A DNA stretch of 37,610 nt, taken from NCBI GenBank assembly GCA_002269645.1, contig NIVC01003447.1:1-37610 (forward strand), given 5' to 3'. The notes beneath the pieces were generated by a model, which was given only the letters and a program-made list of their open reading frames with translations, did no database searches and had not been told where the DNA came from. The DNA comes from Macrostomum lignano (taxonomy: Eukaryota). The position numbers and the translations under genes are program-made. Below are positions 1 to 10,455 of this stretch, piece after piece. Each line of letters opens with the position of its first letter. Positions within the stretch are counted from its first letter, which is position 1.

Positions 1-7
1 ATGCGTT

Positions 8-660
8 ACAAATATGGAAATACCGATTCTAAATATGAAAATACCGATTCTAAATATGGAAATACCGATTCTAAATATGGAAATATCGATTCTAAATATG
101 GAAGAATCGATTCCAAATATGGAAATATGGGTTACAAATATGGAAATGTCGATTCCAAATATAGAAATATCGATTTAAAATAAGGAACTATCCAATCCGA
201 ATAGGGAAATATCGAATCCGAATAGGGAAATATCGATTCCACATATGGAAAATCGATTTTAAATAAGATCAATATCGATTCCAAATAAAATATCGATTAA
301 AAATATGAAAATATCGATTCCAAATACGGTAATTTCGACTTTAAATACGTGAATATCGATTCTAATTTCTAATTAATTCTCTATTTTTCAATATAGAGAT
401 ATCGATTTCTTAGTATGCAAATATCGATTCTAAATAAGTAATATCGATTCCAAACACGAATCGATTTCCATATTTGGAATCGATATTCCCATATTTGGAA
501 TCGATATTCCCATATTTGGAATCGATATTCCCATATTTGGAATCGATATTCCCATATTTGGAATCGATATTCCCATATTTGGAATCGATATTCCCATATT
601 TGGAATCGATATTCCCGTGTTAGGAATCGATATTACCAAATATAAAAATATCGACTCCAA
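8..660. repeat. 21-bp minisatellite as two oppositely oriented arrays in a calpain intron
   Basis: Left array (~8-430) unit ~AAATATGGAAATATCGATTCC. Right array (~466-660) unit GGAATCGATATTCCCATATTT, which is the reverse complement apart from one base. Confidence 0.88.
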
Positions 661-708
661 ATATAGAAACACCTATCACAAATACTCGTAAAAGATCATT
701 AGTCTCAC

Positions 709-3700
709 CACGCAGATCAGGCCAGCCCAGCCGGTAGTAAGATAGTAGCTATCCACGCCGGGCCTCAGCTGGCACCTGGGCGCGCATTTCTCGGCCAGTT
801 TGCAGACCAGCTCGGCAAGCCAGTGCTGAGATCCGCACTGCATTTGCTCCAACAGCACCGGCTGTTGTGAGCTGTGCACAGCCAGGTTCAGCTTCACTGG
901 CTTGTCCAGAGTCCACTTATTGAATGACAGACAGGCCACGGTGTACACGCCGGGATCCAGCACGGCTGACAGCATAATGAAGTTGCGCACATATCGCTGG
1001 GTCTGGTGGATAATCCGGCCGGGTCTCAGGTCATTGTCGCCCTGACAGACAACCAGACAGAGGTCGCCAAGCACGATGGAATCGCTGTACCGGTTACACG
1101 GCTGCGGGCATGCGGCGCGTGCGATTGAGTGGTGGAGACGGAATGGAATCTAATGGAAAACATTTTATCTAGATAGATATATAATTGTATATGGATAGAT
1201 CTATAATTTCATCTAGATAGATCTATAATTGCATCCAGACAGATCTAATTTGAATCTAGATGGATCTAATTTGAATCTAGATAGATCTATAATTGTCTCT
1301 ATATGGATCTAATTTGAATCCAGACAGATCTAATTTGAATCTAGATGGATCTAATTTGAATCTAGATAGATCTATAATTGTCTCTATATGGATCTAATTT
1401 GAATCCAGACAGATCTAATTTGCATCTAGATAGATCTAATTCGCATCTAAATAGATCTAATTCGCATCTAGATAGATCTAATTTGCATCTAGATAGATCT
1501 AATTAGAATCTAGATACATCTAAGTTGCATCTAGACAGATCTAATTAGAATCTAGATACATCTAAGTTGCATCTATATAGATCTAATTTGCATCTAGATA
1601 GATCTAATTTGCATCTAGATAGATCTAATTTGCATCTAGATAGATCTAATTTGCATCTAGATAGATCTAATTCGCATCTAGATAGATCTAATTTGCATCT
1701 AGATAGATCTAATTCGCATCTAGATAGATCTAATTTGCATCTAGATAGATCTAATTCGCATCTAGATAGATCTAATTTGCATCTAGATAGATCTAATTAG
1801 AATCTAGATACATCTAAGTTGCATCTAGATAGATCTAATTTGCATCGCACAATCAGTGCAAGCAGCAGCACCCACCTGGTACAGCACCAGATCCAGAGCA
1901 GTCCGCTCCAGCACAGTCATAGCGAACACCTCCAGTGGCTCCTTCGGTTTCAGCAGGCAGGACAGTCGAACTTCGTGAACCTCTGACTCGTTCAGCGGGC
2001 AGTGCGCAATGTCTACCGAGTCGAAATAGGCCAACAGATCATCAAATCCGATCCAGAACAGGCCGCTATCCTGTTGATGGTCGCCGCTGCTCAGCACATC
2101 CGTGAGCTCCTGCCGGTACTGAGGCTCCAGCTCTGCCCAGCTGGCACGGTGGCCCGGGCTGAACCGGCCGCGCCATTCGCCACGGCCCCACGGGTTGCGG
2201 AGCAGCAGCAGCTGGTGGGGCCGGCAGACCGCACCTGTTGGGAGGGTAAGACGCACATCTTAAGGCTAATCCTTATCACAAGGCACATTAGTGAATAAAA
2301 GCGTCCACTAGGAAATCTCAAAGGTATTTAAAGAGTAAAAGTGCACAATGGGGAATAAGAAGTAAAAAAGTGCACAGTGGGGAATCCCAAGAGTAAAAGT
2401 GCACAGTGGGGAATCCTAAGAGTAAAAGTGCACACTGCGGAATCCTAAGAGTAAAAGTTCAGTGGGGAATCCCATGAGTAGAAGTGCACACTGGGGAATC
2501 CCAAGTGTAAATGTGCACATTGGGAATTCTCAAGAGTAAAAGTGCACAGTGGGGAATCCCAAGAGTAAAAGTGCTCAGTGGGGAATCCCAAGAGTAAAAG
2601 TGCACACTGGGGAATCACAAGAGTAAAAGTTCAGTGGGGAATCCCGAGAGTAAAAGTGCATACTGTGGAATCCCGAGAGTAAAAGTGCATACTGGGGAAT
2701 CCCGAGAGTAAAAGTGCATACTGGGGAATCCCGAGAGTAAAAGTGCATACACGAACCTGCAGCACGGAGTAGGCATGCCTCGGATACAATCCCAGGGCTT
2801 GATAAGCTTCATCTGGCAGAGTCATCCGACCGGCGCCGCAACTCGCGCCAATGAGGCAGCCGCGCTCGGCGCCGCTGAGCAGTTTGGCCCAGATCAGCTC
2901 GCGCTCCTCCTGGTTGGACTGCACGGCGTCAGACTGCAGCTCGTAGGACTCGCAGGGGGCGCCAGTGAGAATTGCCAGGCCTTCCAGGCTGCGGCCGGAG
3001 GTCAGGGCGGCGTAGGAGCCGAACTCCTTCGCCAGGGCCTGGGGGTTAGCGAGATATAGGGGAATATTTTGGAATCTCCTTGAATTTTGGGATCAACAGG
3101 AAAGAATTCCTAGATTAAGATGCTTAGAATTTAAAACGAGATTGGCAAGACATTTTGGAAACAATAGGAATTTAGGGAATCAAAGTCGGAATCAGAGTTG
3201 GAATTGGGAATCAGAGAATGGGTATTGGATATCACAGAATGAGTATTTGGGGATCACAGAATGGGTATTTGGGGATCACAGAATGGGTAGTTGGGGATCA
3301 CAGAATGGGTATTTGGGGATCACAGAATGGGTAGTTGGGGATCACAGAATGGGTAGTTGGGGATCACAGAATGGGTATTTGGGGATCACAGAATGGGTAT
3401 TTGGGGATCACAGAATGGGTATTTGGGGATCACAGAATGGGTATTTGGGGATCACAGAATGGGTATTTGGGGATCACAGAATGGGTATTTGGGGATCACA
3501 GAATGGGTATTTGGGGATCACAGAATGGGTAGTATAAAATCGCAATCACAAGTGCCAATTAATTACCTTTTCCACCAAGGCCACCCAGAGCTGCGCGCCT
3601 CTGCAATGCGAGTACACCAAAGTGCGGGTGTCTGCCCGGCAGGGGAAGAAGCCATCAATGTACACAGTTTTCCAGAGCCCGGCAACGCACAGCTGTACAG

Positions 3701-5747
3701 CGTACACGCCCTCTGGATTTACCTAGCAGAATGCAAATTTAAATGAAATTTCAGCATCCTGTTTTTGCCAGTGATTATATTTGATATTGCACGAAAAGGA
3801 TGTGTCTTATCTTATTTAACTGTTTTGCGTGTGCTAAGATACCAAGACAATATTCATAACTTCATACCACAGCAATAATAATGTAGCTATAAGTAAACTT
3901 TTAATCTTTACAGATTTCAATTCGCTTTCATCCATCTCTTTTATTCTCAATAGATTCTCTTTAATGTACCTCTCTCCCCAAACCCACTTATCTCCCCAAA
4001 CCTGCTTCTCTCCAAACCTACTTCTCTCCCCAAACCTACTTCTCTCCCCAAACCTACTTCTCTCCCCAAACCTACTTCTCTCCCCAAACCTACTTCTCTC
4101 CCTGAACCTACTTCTCTCCCCAAACCTACTTCTCTCCCCAAACCTACTTCTCTCCCCAAACCTGCTTCTCTCCAAACCTACTTCTCTCCCCAAACCTACT
4201 TCTCTCCCTAAACCTACTTCTCTTTCCAAACCTACTTCTCTCCCCAAACCTACTTCTCTCCCCAAACCTGCTTCTCTCCAAACCTGCTTCTCTCCAAACC
4301 TACTTCTCTCCCCAAACCTACTTCTCTCCCCAAACCTACTTCTCTCCCTGAACCTACTTCTCTTTCCAAACCTACTTCTCTCCCCAAACCTACTTCTCTC
4401 CCCAAACCTACTTCTCTCCCCAAACCTACTTCTCTTCCCGAACCTACTTCTCTTTCTAAACCTACTTCTCTCATCAACCTACATGTCCGCTGAAATCTGC
4501 CTCCAAAACCTAGCCTCACAACCTTTTTAACCCCTAACATTGACTACCTCTTCTACCCCGATCTCGCCCCCTCCCTGAACCCAGTCGCAAACCTCTCTAG
4601 TCAGGAGGATCCTCCTCAGCATGGAGCGCCTCTCGGCCACCACAGCCAGAGCGGACAGCAGCCAGCAGTCGCCCAGATACCCCTGCCTGATGTCTGCAGC
4701 GGACGCCGTCGCTCGTTCGTCAACAACGATCCAACCGGTCCCGTGAGTGACCGGGCCCGCCTCCGGTCTGTCCGCCTCTTGACTCATCGCCGCTCCGTTG
4801 GTCCTGCCGGTGAAGAAGTTCATCATCTCGTCGACTAAGTTGAGCTTAGCTGGCGAGCGGAGCTGGGGGAACTGGCAGGGCTGGGAGCGCCAGGCTGGCA
4901 GATCCTCGTGCTGTATCTCCTCCAGGCGGCACCAGCGAATGCCGCAAGGCAACTGCCTGCGGGCGGTTGTGTGCGATGACTGGGGAGTTAATGAGGGCGG
5001 CCCAGCAACTGAGGATCTGGGAGGCTGGCCTAGCAACTGAGGATCTGGGAGGCTGGCCCAGCAACTGAGGATCTGGGAGGCTGGCCCAGCAACTGAGGAT
5101 GTGGGAGGCTGACCCAGCTACTGAGGATCTGGGAGGCTGGTGGCCCAGCAACTGGGGATCTGGGAGGCTGACCCAGCAACTGGGGTTCTGGAAGGCTGCC
5201 CCAGCAAATGAGGATCTGGGAGGCTGGCCCAGCAACTTAGGATCTGGGTGGCCCAGCAACTGAGGATCTGGGTGGCCCAGCAACTGAGGATCTGGGTGGC
5301 CCAGCAACTGAGGATCTGGGTGGCCCAGCAACTGAGGATCTGGGAGGCTGGCCCAGCAACTGAGGACCTGGCTGGATCGCAGGCCACGCAGTCAGGAGAC
5401 CTACCCGCCATCCGGCTGGTCCTCCTCCGCAACCCTCCGCCGATGCCGACCGCCCAGTCCGTACAGCGCCCTGTCGCCAGGCGGGAACTCATCGTCAACA
5501 AAGACCTCACCGGCGCTGCGACAAAGAGCGCGCAATTCATCGACGCGTTCCCTGGCGCGCAGCTCCGCTTCACGCTGCACATCGGCCGAGGCGAGGCTGG
5601 CCTGCCGGCCGGGATGAGCGACAGCCGATGTTGCTGAGCCGAGGACTTGGGAGCATCACAGGCGGAGCAGACGGCATTTTCAGTCTGGTTGATGAGGGTG
5701 CATGCCGGGCAGGTCCAGGCAGAGGCTTTAGTCTTTGTTGATTCAGA
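709..5747 (-). CDS. CAPN15: Calpain-15 / small optic lobes (SOL) family cysteine protease, multi-exon, 3' end beyond the window's left edge
   Basis: Minus-strand exons read by hand: ~5747-5405 (RanBP2 zinc finger [21 protein letters not shown], then VFVDDEFPP), ~4956-4593 ([18 protein letters not shown], catalytic Cys), 3722-3567 ([23 protein letters not shown]...LWVALVEK), 3038-2757 ([15 protein letters not shown]...HAYSVL, catalytic His), 2234-1876 (LLRNPWG, catalytic Asn; GLFWIGFDD), 1149-709 (SOL-homology C-terminal domain). All junctions are GT-AG. Two 1-nt deletions (~5640, ~2218) must be repaired. The 5405/4956 junction and the start codon are uncertain. Confidence 0.93.
1165..1845. 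repeat. 21-bp minisatellite (ATCTAGATAGATCTAATTTGC) filling a calpain intron
   Basis: Tandem units visible directly. They explain the HLDRSNL ORF at 1567-1800. Confidence 0.95.
2330..2750. repeat. ~29-30-bp minisatellite (GAGTAAAAGTGCACACTGGGGAATCCCAA) in a calpain intron
   Basis: Tandem units between the exons ending at 2757 and starting at 2234. Confidence 0.93.
3200..3532. repeat. 22-bp minisatellite (GAATGGGTATTTGGGGATCACA) in a calpain intron
   Basis: Tandem units visible directly. They account for the repetitive ORFs at 3142-3746. Confidence 0.95.
3968..4470. repeat. 18-bp minisatellite (AAACCTACTTCTCTCCCC) in a calpain intron
   Basis: Tandem units giving spurious SPNLLL and GREVGL ORFs. 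Confidence 0.95.
5000..5368. repeat. 28/24-bp minisatellite (CCAGCAACTGAGGATCTGGGAGGCTGGC) in a calpain intron
   Basis: Long 28-bp units and shorter 24-bp units are seen in tandem. Confidence 0.93.
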
Positions 5748-5894
5748 CTAAAATTGCGTTTTTTATATAACTATTATCAGCTTGAGCACTCGGTGCACTT
5801 TGGCAGATTAAACTGTAAGTAGATAAATTAGTGCAATCTGATGGTAGATTGCGCAATAAGATCAGTTTCGTTTTGTAGCTAAGATGTAAAGGCT

Positions 5895-6460
5895 TGGGGA
5901 AGAAATTTTGAGATGTCAAGTCTTGGGGGAATTGCTGAGATGTCAATTCTTGTGGGAATTGCTGATATGTCAATTCTGGGGGGAATTGCTGAGATGTCAA
6001 TTCTTGAGGGGAATTGCTGAGATGTCAAGTCTGGGGGGAATTTCTGAGATTTCAATTCTTGAGGGGAATTGCTGAGATGTCAAGTCTGGGGGAATTTCTG
6101 AGATTTCAATTCTTGAGGGGAATGGCTGAGATGTCAATTCTTGAGGGGAATTACTGAGATGTCAATTCCCTCTTATACTCTCTCAGTCTCTCCTTCTCTT
6201 GTCTCCTTTCTTCTCTCTCCACTCTCCTCTCTCCTCCTTTATCTGTTATCTCTCATTTCTAATCACTCCTTACACCTCTTTCATCTCTAAAACCTTATCT
6301 CTTCTCTCTTCCCTTTACTCTCTTATCTCTCTTTTCACCTCTTTCCTCTCTCCTGTCTCTTCTCTCCTCTCATCTGCAGCTCTCTGCTCTCTTATCTCTA
6401 CTCTCTTCTCTCTCTTCTCTACTTTCTCCTCTCTACTTGCTCTTCTCTACTGTCTCTACT
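5895..6460. repeat. ~26-27-bp minisatellite (GGGGAATTGCTGAGATGTCAATTCT, ~5895-6168) followed by a CT-rich low-complexity tract (~6170-6460)
   Basis: Read directly from the sequence, upstream of the calpain zinc-finger exon acceptor at 5748. Confidence 0.9.
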
Positions 6461-6483
6461 AATGTACGGTTGAGCAACATTAC

Positions 6484-7230
6484 AATGAATTTAAGCATGG
6501 TAGGATAAGCCTTGAAGATGACCCCCATAGTGGATAGCCTACAACTTACAACTAGCACCAACCAAGAGAAAGTTGAGGTAGTTGCTAAACTCCTTGATGA
6601 GGACTGCTAGATTTGAGTTGCTATAAATGTATACACTATAGAATTTTAGCTAGGTCAGTGAATGAGATCCTATATTAAATCCTAGTGTACCACAAGTCAG
6701 TCCTATAAAGGTAGGTGCCTAGAATGCTTTCATAGGACCATAAGCAGAACTGGCTCATTCTTATCTCTACAATGAGAACCTTGGTGGATTTGAGTGACAA
6801 ATGATAATTGGAGATGAGTACTGAATTTACCACTATGACTTCAAGTCTTAATGAGATTCCATAGAGTGTGGTACCCTGAAAAAGGGTAGAGATAGGACAA
6901 AATAAAATTTTTAACATTTTCAATCTTAAATATTTGACAATTGATTCAAATACCGAATAATACCAAATATGAATATTTCAATGAATAATATCCCTTTAGC
7001 AGCACTTGACCAATAAGCTAGCATCTTTACTTCTTGTTCAATGAAATGTGCCCAAACCAAATGCAAACCCTAACCTTCCAAGTTTATGGGAATCAGTATT
7101 TTCCAGCTTTTTCATATTTTATAAACTTAGTTCTAAAATACTCTACCACAAAAGTTTCAAGTCTAAGTACTAAGACTGCTTAATCATCCCTGCCTTCTCT
7201 CAAGATGTGCCACATGTTGTCCTATTCTCA
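6484..7230 (+). mobile_element. Degraded Tc1/mariner (mariner-type) transposase remnant
   Basis: Hand translation across stops and frameshifts gives EFKHGRISLEDDPHSG*PT (cf. mariner FKxGRxSLEDDPRSGRP), EKVEVVAKLLDEDC*I, *VPRML at 6712-6729 (WVPRxL motif), IIGDEY*IYHYD at ~6804-6839 (first catalytic Asp) and a weak HP..FSQDV..C..LF at ~7184-7230 (cf. YSPDLAP). No TIRs identified. Confidence 0.85.
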
Positions 7231-10200
7231 ATTCCCTCCCCACATGTATGAGTCACAAGCTGCCCACAACCTGTAACACTCTTGGCTATCTAGTATATAC
7301 TGGTATATTTTATAAATTTACACTTAAAATTAAATAGACTTAAATTTAGACTTACTTAGCCCTTAGGCACTTAAATATATATTTATTTAAAAATATGTAG
7401 TCTTTAATTAAAAGATTTCCGTTTATGAGTGTAAGTAATAAGTAAAAATCATTATTAAGAATACAAGCCTATATAAGCTTATTGCTAAGCCTATAATGCT
7501 TTTTGTTAAAGAATCAGCAAATTTTCCAATGCTATTAGGCCTAATGTTAGATTTGACAAAAGTGTAAACAATCTAGACAGTTAGGCCCTACTGTATCAGG
7601 CTGAACTCTGACATTATAATAATAATAAACAACAACTGCTCGTAAATATTTAAACTCGATTGCTGCGTCGAAAAAGTATGGAATATCCTACGATTCATGA
7701 GTAATACATACTCGTGTTATTCATATGATTCATGGTTGACAACTTGACATAAGATGAGTACGAAATGCGTACGTATTAAGTACTCGTACGTACGCGCATC
7801 GAGAGGTCGAACCAGAAATGGTCGAGAGTACACACCTCATCCTCAGCCCACGCCTCCGCGTTACTAAAACAATCAAAAACATATTTTAAAGCATATGTTT
7901 ATTTTTTTTTTAAACTTTGACGGTAACATAAAAAACTATGTATGCAACGCAAAAATACGAATCGCAAAACTTTGTTGTTGTGATTGAACGCGATAATACT
8001 TGGCAGGTCCGGGATTTTAAGTTCAATACTATACTGCTCTAAAATAATAGGATAATTGAGTAATGAAGCGGCTTGCGAGTGGAAGCTTGAGAAGCAGCAA
8101 GCGAGCAAAAGATCTTGGGTATATTTGTTTAAGCATAGTCTTTATACTTGAGAGAATAATAGGGAGGTGTGACTCAGAGCGAACTGGCTGGCTGGGCAAA
8201 ACTCCCCAGCAGCCAGGCGTACAGGGGCCTGTGCACAGGCGGGCCCCGCTCTCGACCGTGCACCAGTCTGGCCACCACAGTAAGTAAAATTGAATGTCTT
8301 GAAATGGATTCGGCTGTCTTAAATAATTATCCGCCCTTGGTCGGGGGCTTTTAATTTAGGCCTCAGAGTGCAGAAATTAACCCCTTAGCAATCAGCTGGC
8401 TCCCATTTTTGTCAGTTGATTAAGCCCCAAGATAGCTCGAAAAGATGTGGCAAGCTGCAGCTAGCTGAGACAAACACAGTGAGAGACAATTGCAGGGATT
8501 ATAGTTCTAAAGGTAGATGCATTACGTACGAAAATGATTAGATTAAGCTAACCCACCGCCGCTAAAACAACTGGATTTATTTAGCTGGCAAATACGGACT
8601 CACTTACATGTAACATGTACATTAGGAGGTGATGTGCCTATGTGTCTGCAAACTATACTATAGCTGTCAATCTCGAAGTCATAGCTAATAAAAGAGGACA
8701 CTTCTAGGATTGGATTGCGGTTCACATAAATGATGTAGACCATTGCAGGCCAACAGTTACGATTTCTGCAGGGAGTTTTTACGCTGGCGAGCCCGATCTT
8801 ATATTATGACATTATTGTGCTTCAGAAATTAAAGTAGATGTACATGTACTGCAGCATGTACGAAGACGCACGCGCAAGTACATGTAGCTAAACATAATTA
8901 TTAAGCTTTAATTGCGACTGAAACAATAGGAAAAGGAGTGGTCATGACTCAAGCAAACACTATACGCTCGTATATCGCTAGTGCGTGCATGCCGAACCAT
9001 TCAATGCTTTGACAATGCATATGAAATCACCTCGCAGCCAACGTTGGACGACTGCGCAAAATTGCCTGCATGTCAATATACGAGGTTATTTGACTGAGTA
9101 ACAATTGTCTGTATTTCTAATCCGACTCATTGTACCACAGCCAAAGCCTGCACCAGTGCACTACTACTTTAAGACTGTTTTCCCGGGTGCACTTGTGGGA
9201 GCAACCTCAAAGACGACTAATCCAGGGCTTAGGGGATAGGGTTGGTTAGGCCGGTTAGAGTTAGGGAATGAAATTCACTCACGAATGCCCTTTAGCTATA
9301 GTATGAAAAAATTTAAATTCTATTTCGCGTATCGTTATTTTTTCTGGTTTTATAGTATCATCTCAACTGTGTACATTTATGTATAGTTAATGTAGTAATA
9401 CTACAATTTTTTATCGCATAGTGCGTCTAATATTTGGTGAAAATTAAACTAAATCATCTATATTATCTTGCAACGCATGTTACTCGTGTGTTAATGACTA
9501 GTATTACTCGTAAATTAATAAGTTTTTGGAGGCTTCGTACAATAAGCTTCGAAAGCCTATTTTAAATGTTGAATTGGCAAGTATACTTAGTAAGAGACTG
9601 AGTATGAGTCGATCGAGAGTTTTCTAGTTGAGAGAGTAAGGCGCCTAGAGAGTTTTAGTGGCCAATGTCGCACCAACGTGTACCAATTGTGACTTAGGGA
9701 TTAGCTATTGACTTTGCATGTAGCTCGTAATGCCTGCAGTTTCGAATCAAATGAGCATTTTACCTCACCGACCAACCCTTCACTGGTTCCAAGTCCGATT
9801 CAATAGTCCATTTTACCCCCTCCGCATAGCCACTCGCCTACCGCCTTGGCTCTATAGCATATTTCATATTTCAATACTCCGCCTTACCAACGCATGTGAC
9901 TGATGGTGGCTGGCAAGCGCCACATGAATTTGGGGATCGATAAGTGCAAGGGGTGGTTGGTGCTCTGCAAGCAGCTGCAATGGCGCCCCTATTTCTCAGA
10001 CATTTTCTTATTGCTGATCTGAAAGGCATGGCTACCGGGGGTTTTTGCATCATAGAAAAGTGAATCGAACTTCTTAATGGTCACAAAAAAGTGCCGGGGG
10101 GAGTATTGAGTAGCAACTGCAACTCGCTCAGTATTGGAATGACCGGAATGGGTATGTAGTCGATTGACGATTGTAGGAGATCCTCATGAGACTCCCTATT

Positions 10201-10455
10201 GGGAGGGGGGTTAGGAATTGAGTATTTGGTACTAAAGAAAAAGATAGTAGCGATGAATCCAGAATGCTGCCCACGGGATTGGCATAGCTACTCTATTGTA
10301 GACAGCAGCAGGTGGTTTTTCTTTTCCTTGGGATTAAAAGACAAGTCAGAAGAAAAGACCCATACTCCCTTCCAATTTTCAATATTCTAGCTCATACTCT
10401 GCTCATCATACAGTGCTATTGCTAATAGACAGAAGTTGTATTGAATTAGATAAAA

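Noticed and set aside
7755-7805. Imperfect hairpin of TACGTA/GTAC palindromes (possible Helitron or MITE end)
   Set aside because: No matching second terminus, no CTRR end in the right position and no TSD found.
8160-8290. GC-rich island ending in a GTAAGT donor-like site, with short ORFs
   Set aside because: No recognisable protein in any of six frames and no partner exon could be assigned. It may be a UTR exon, but that is unsupported.
9223-9266. Degenerate TTAGGG-like tract (CAGGGCTTAGGGATAGGGGTTGGTTAGGCCGGTTAGAGTTAGGG)
   Set aside because: Only two perfect units in ~45 bp, too short and degenerate to call an interstitial telomere or element end.
9871-10390. Short ORFs upstream of the MACPF gene
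   Set aside because: 60-63 aa, no motifs and no splice support.
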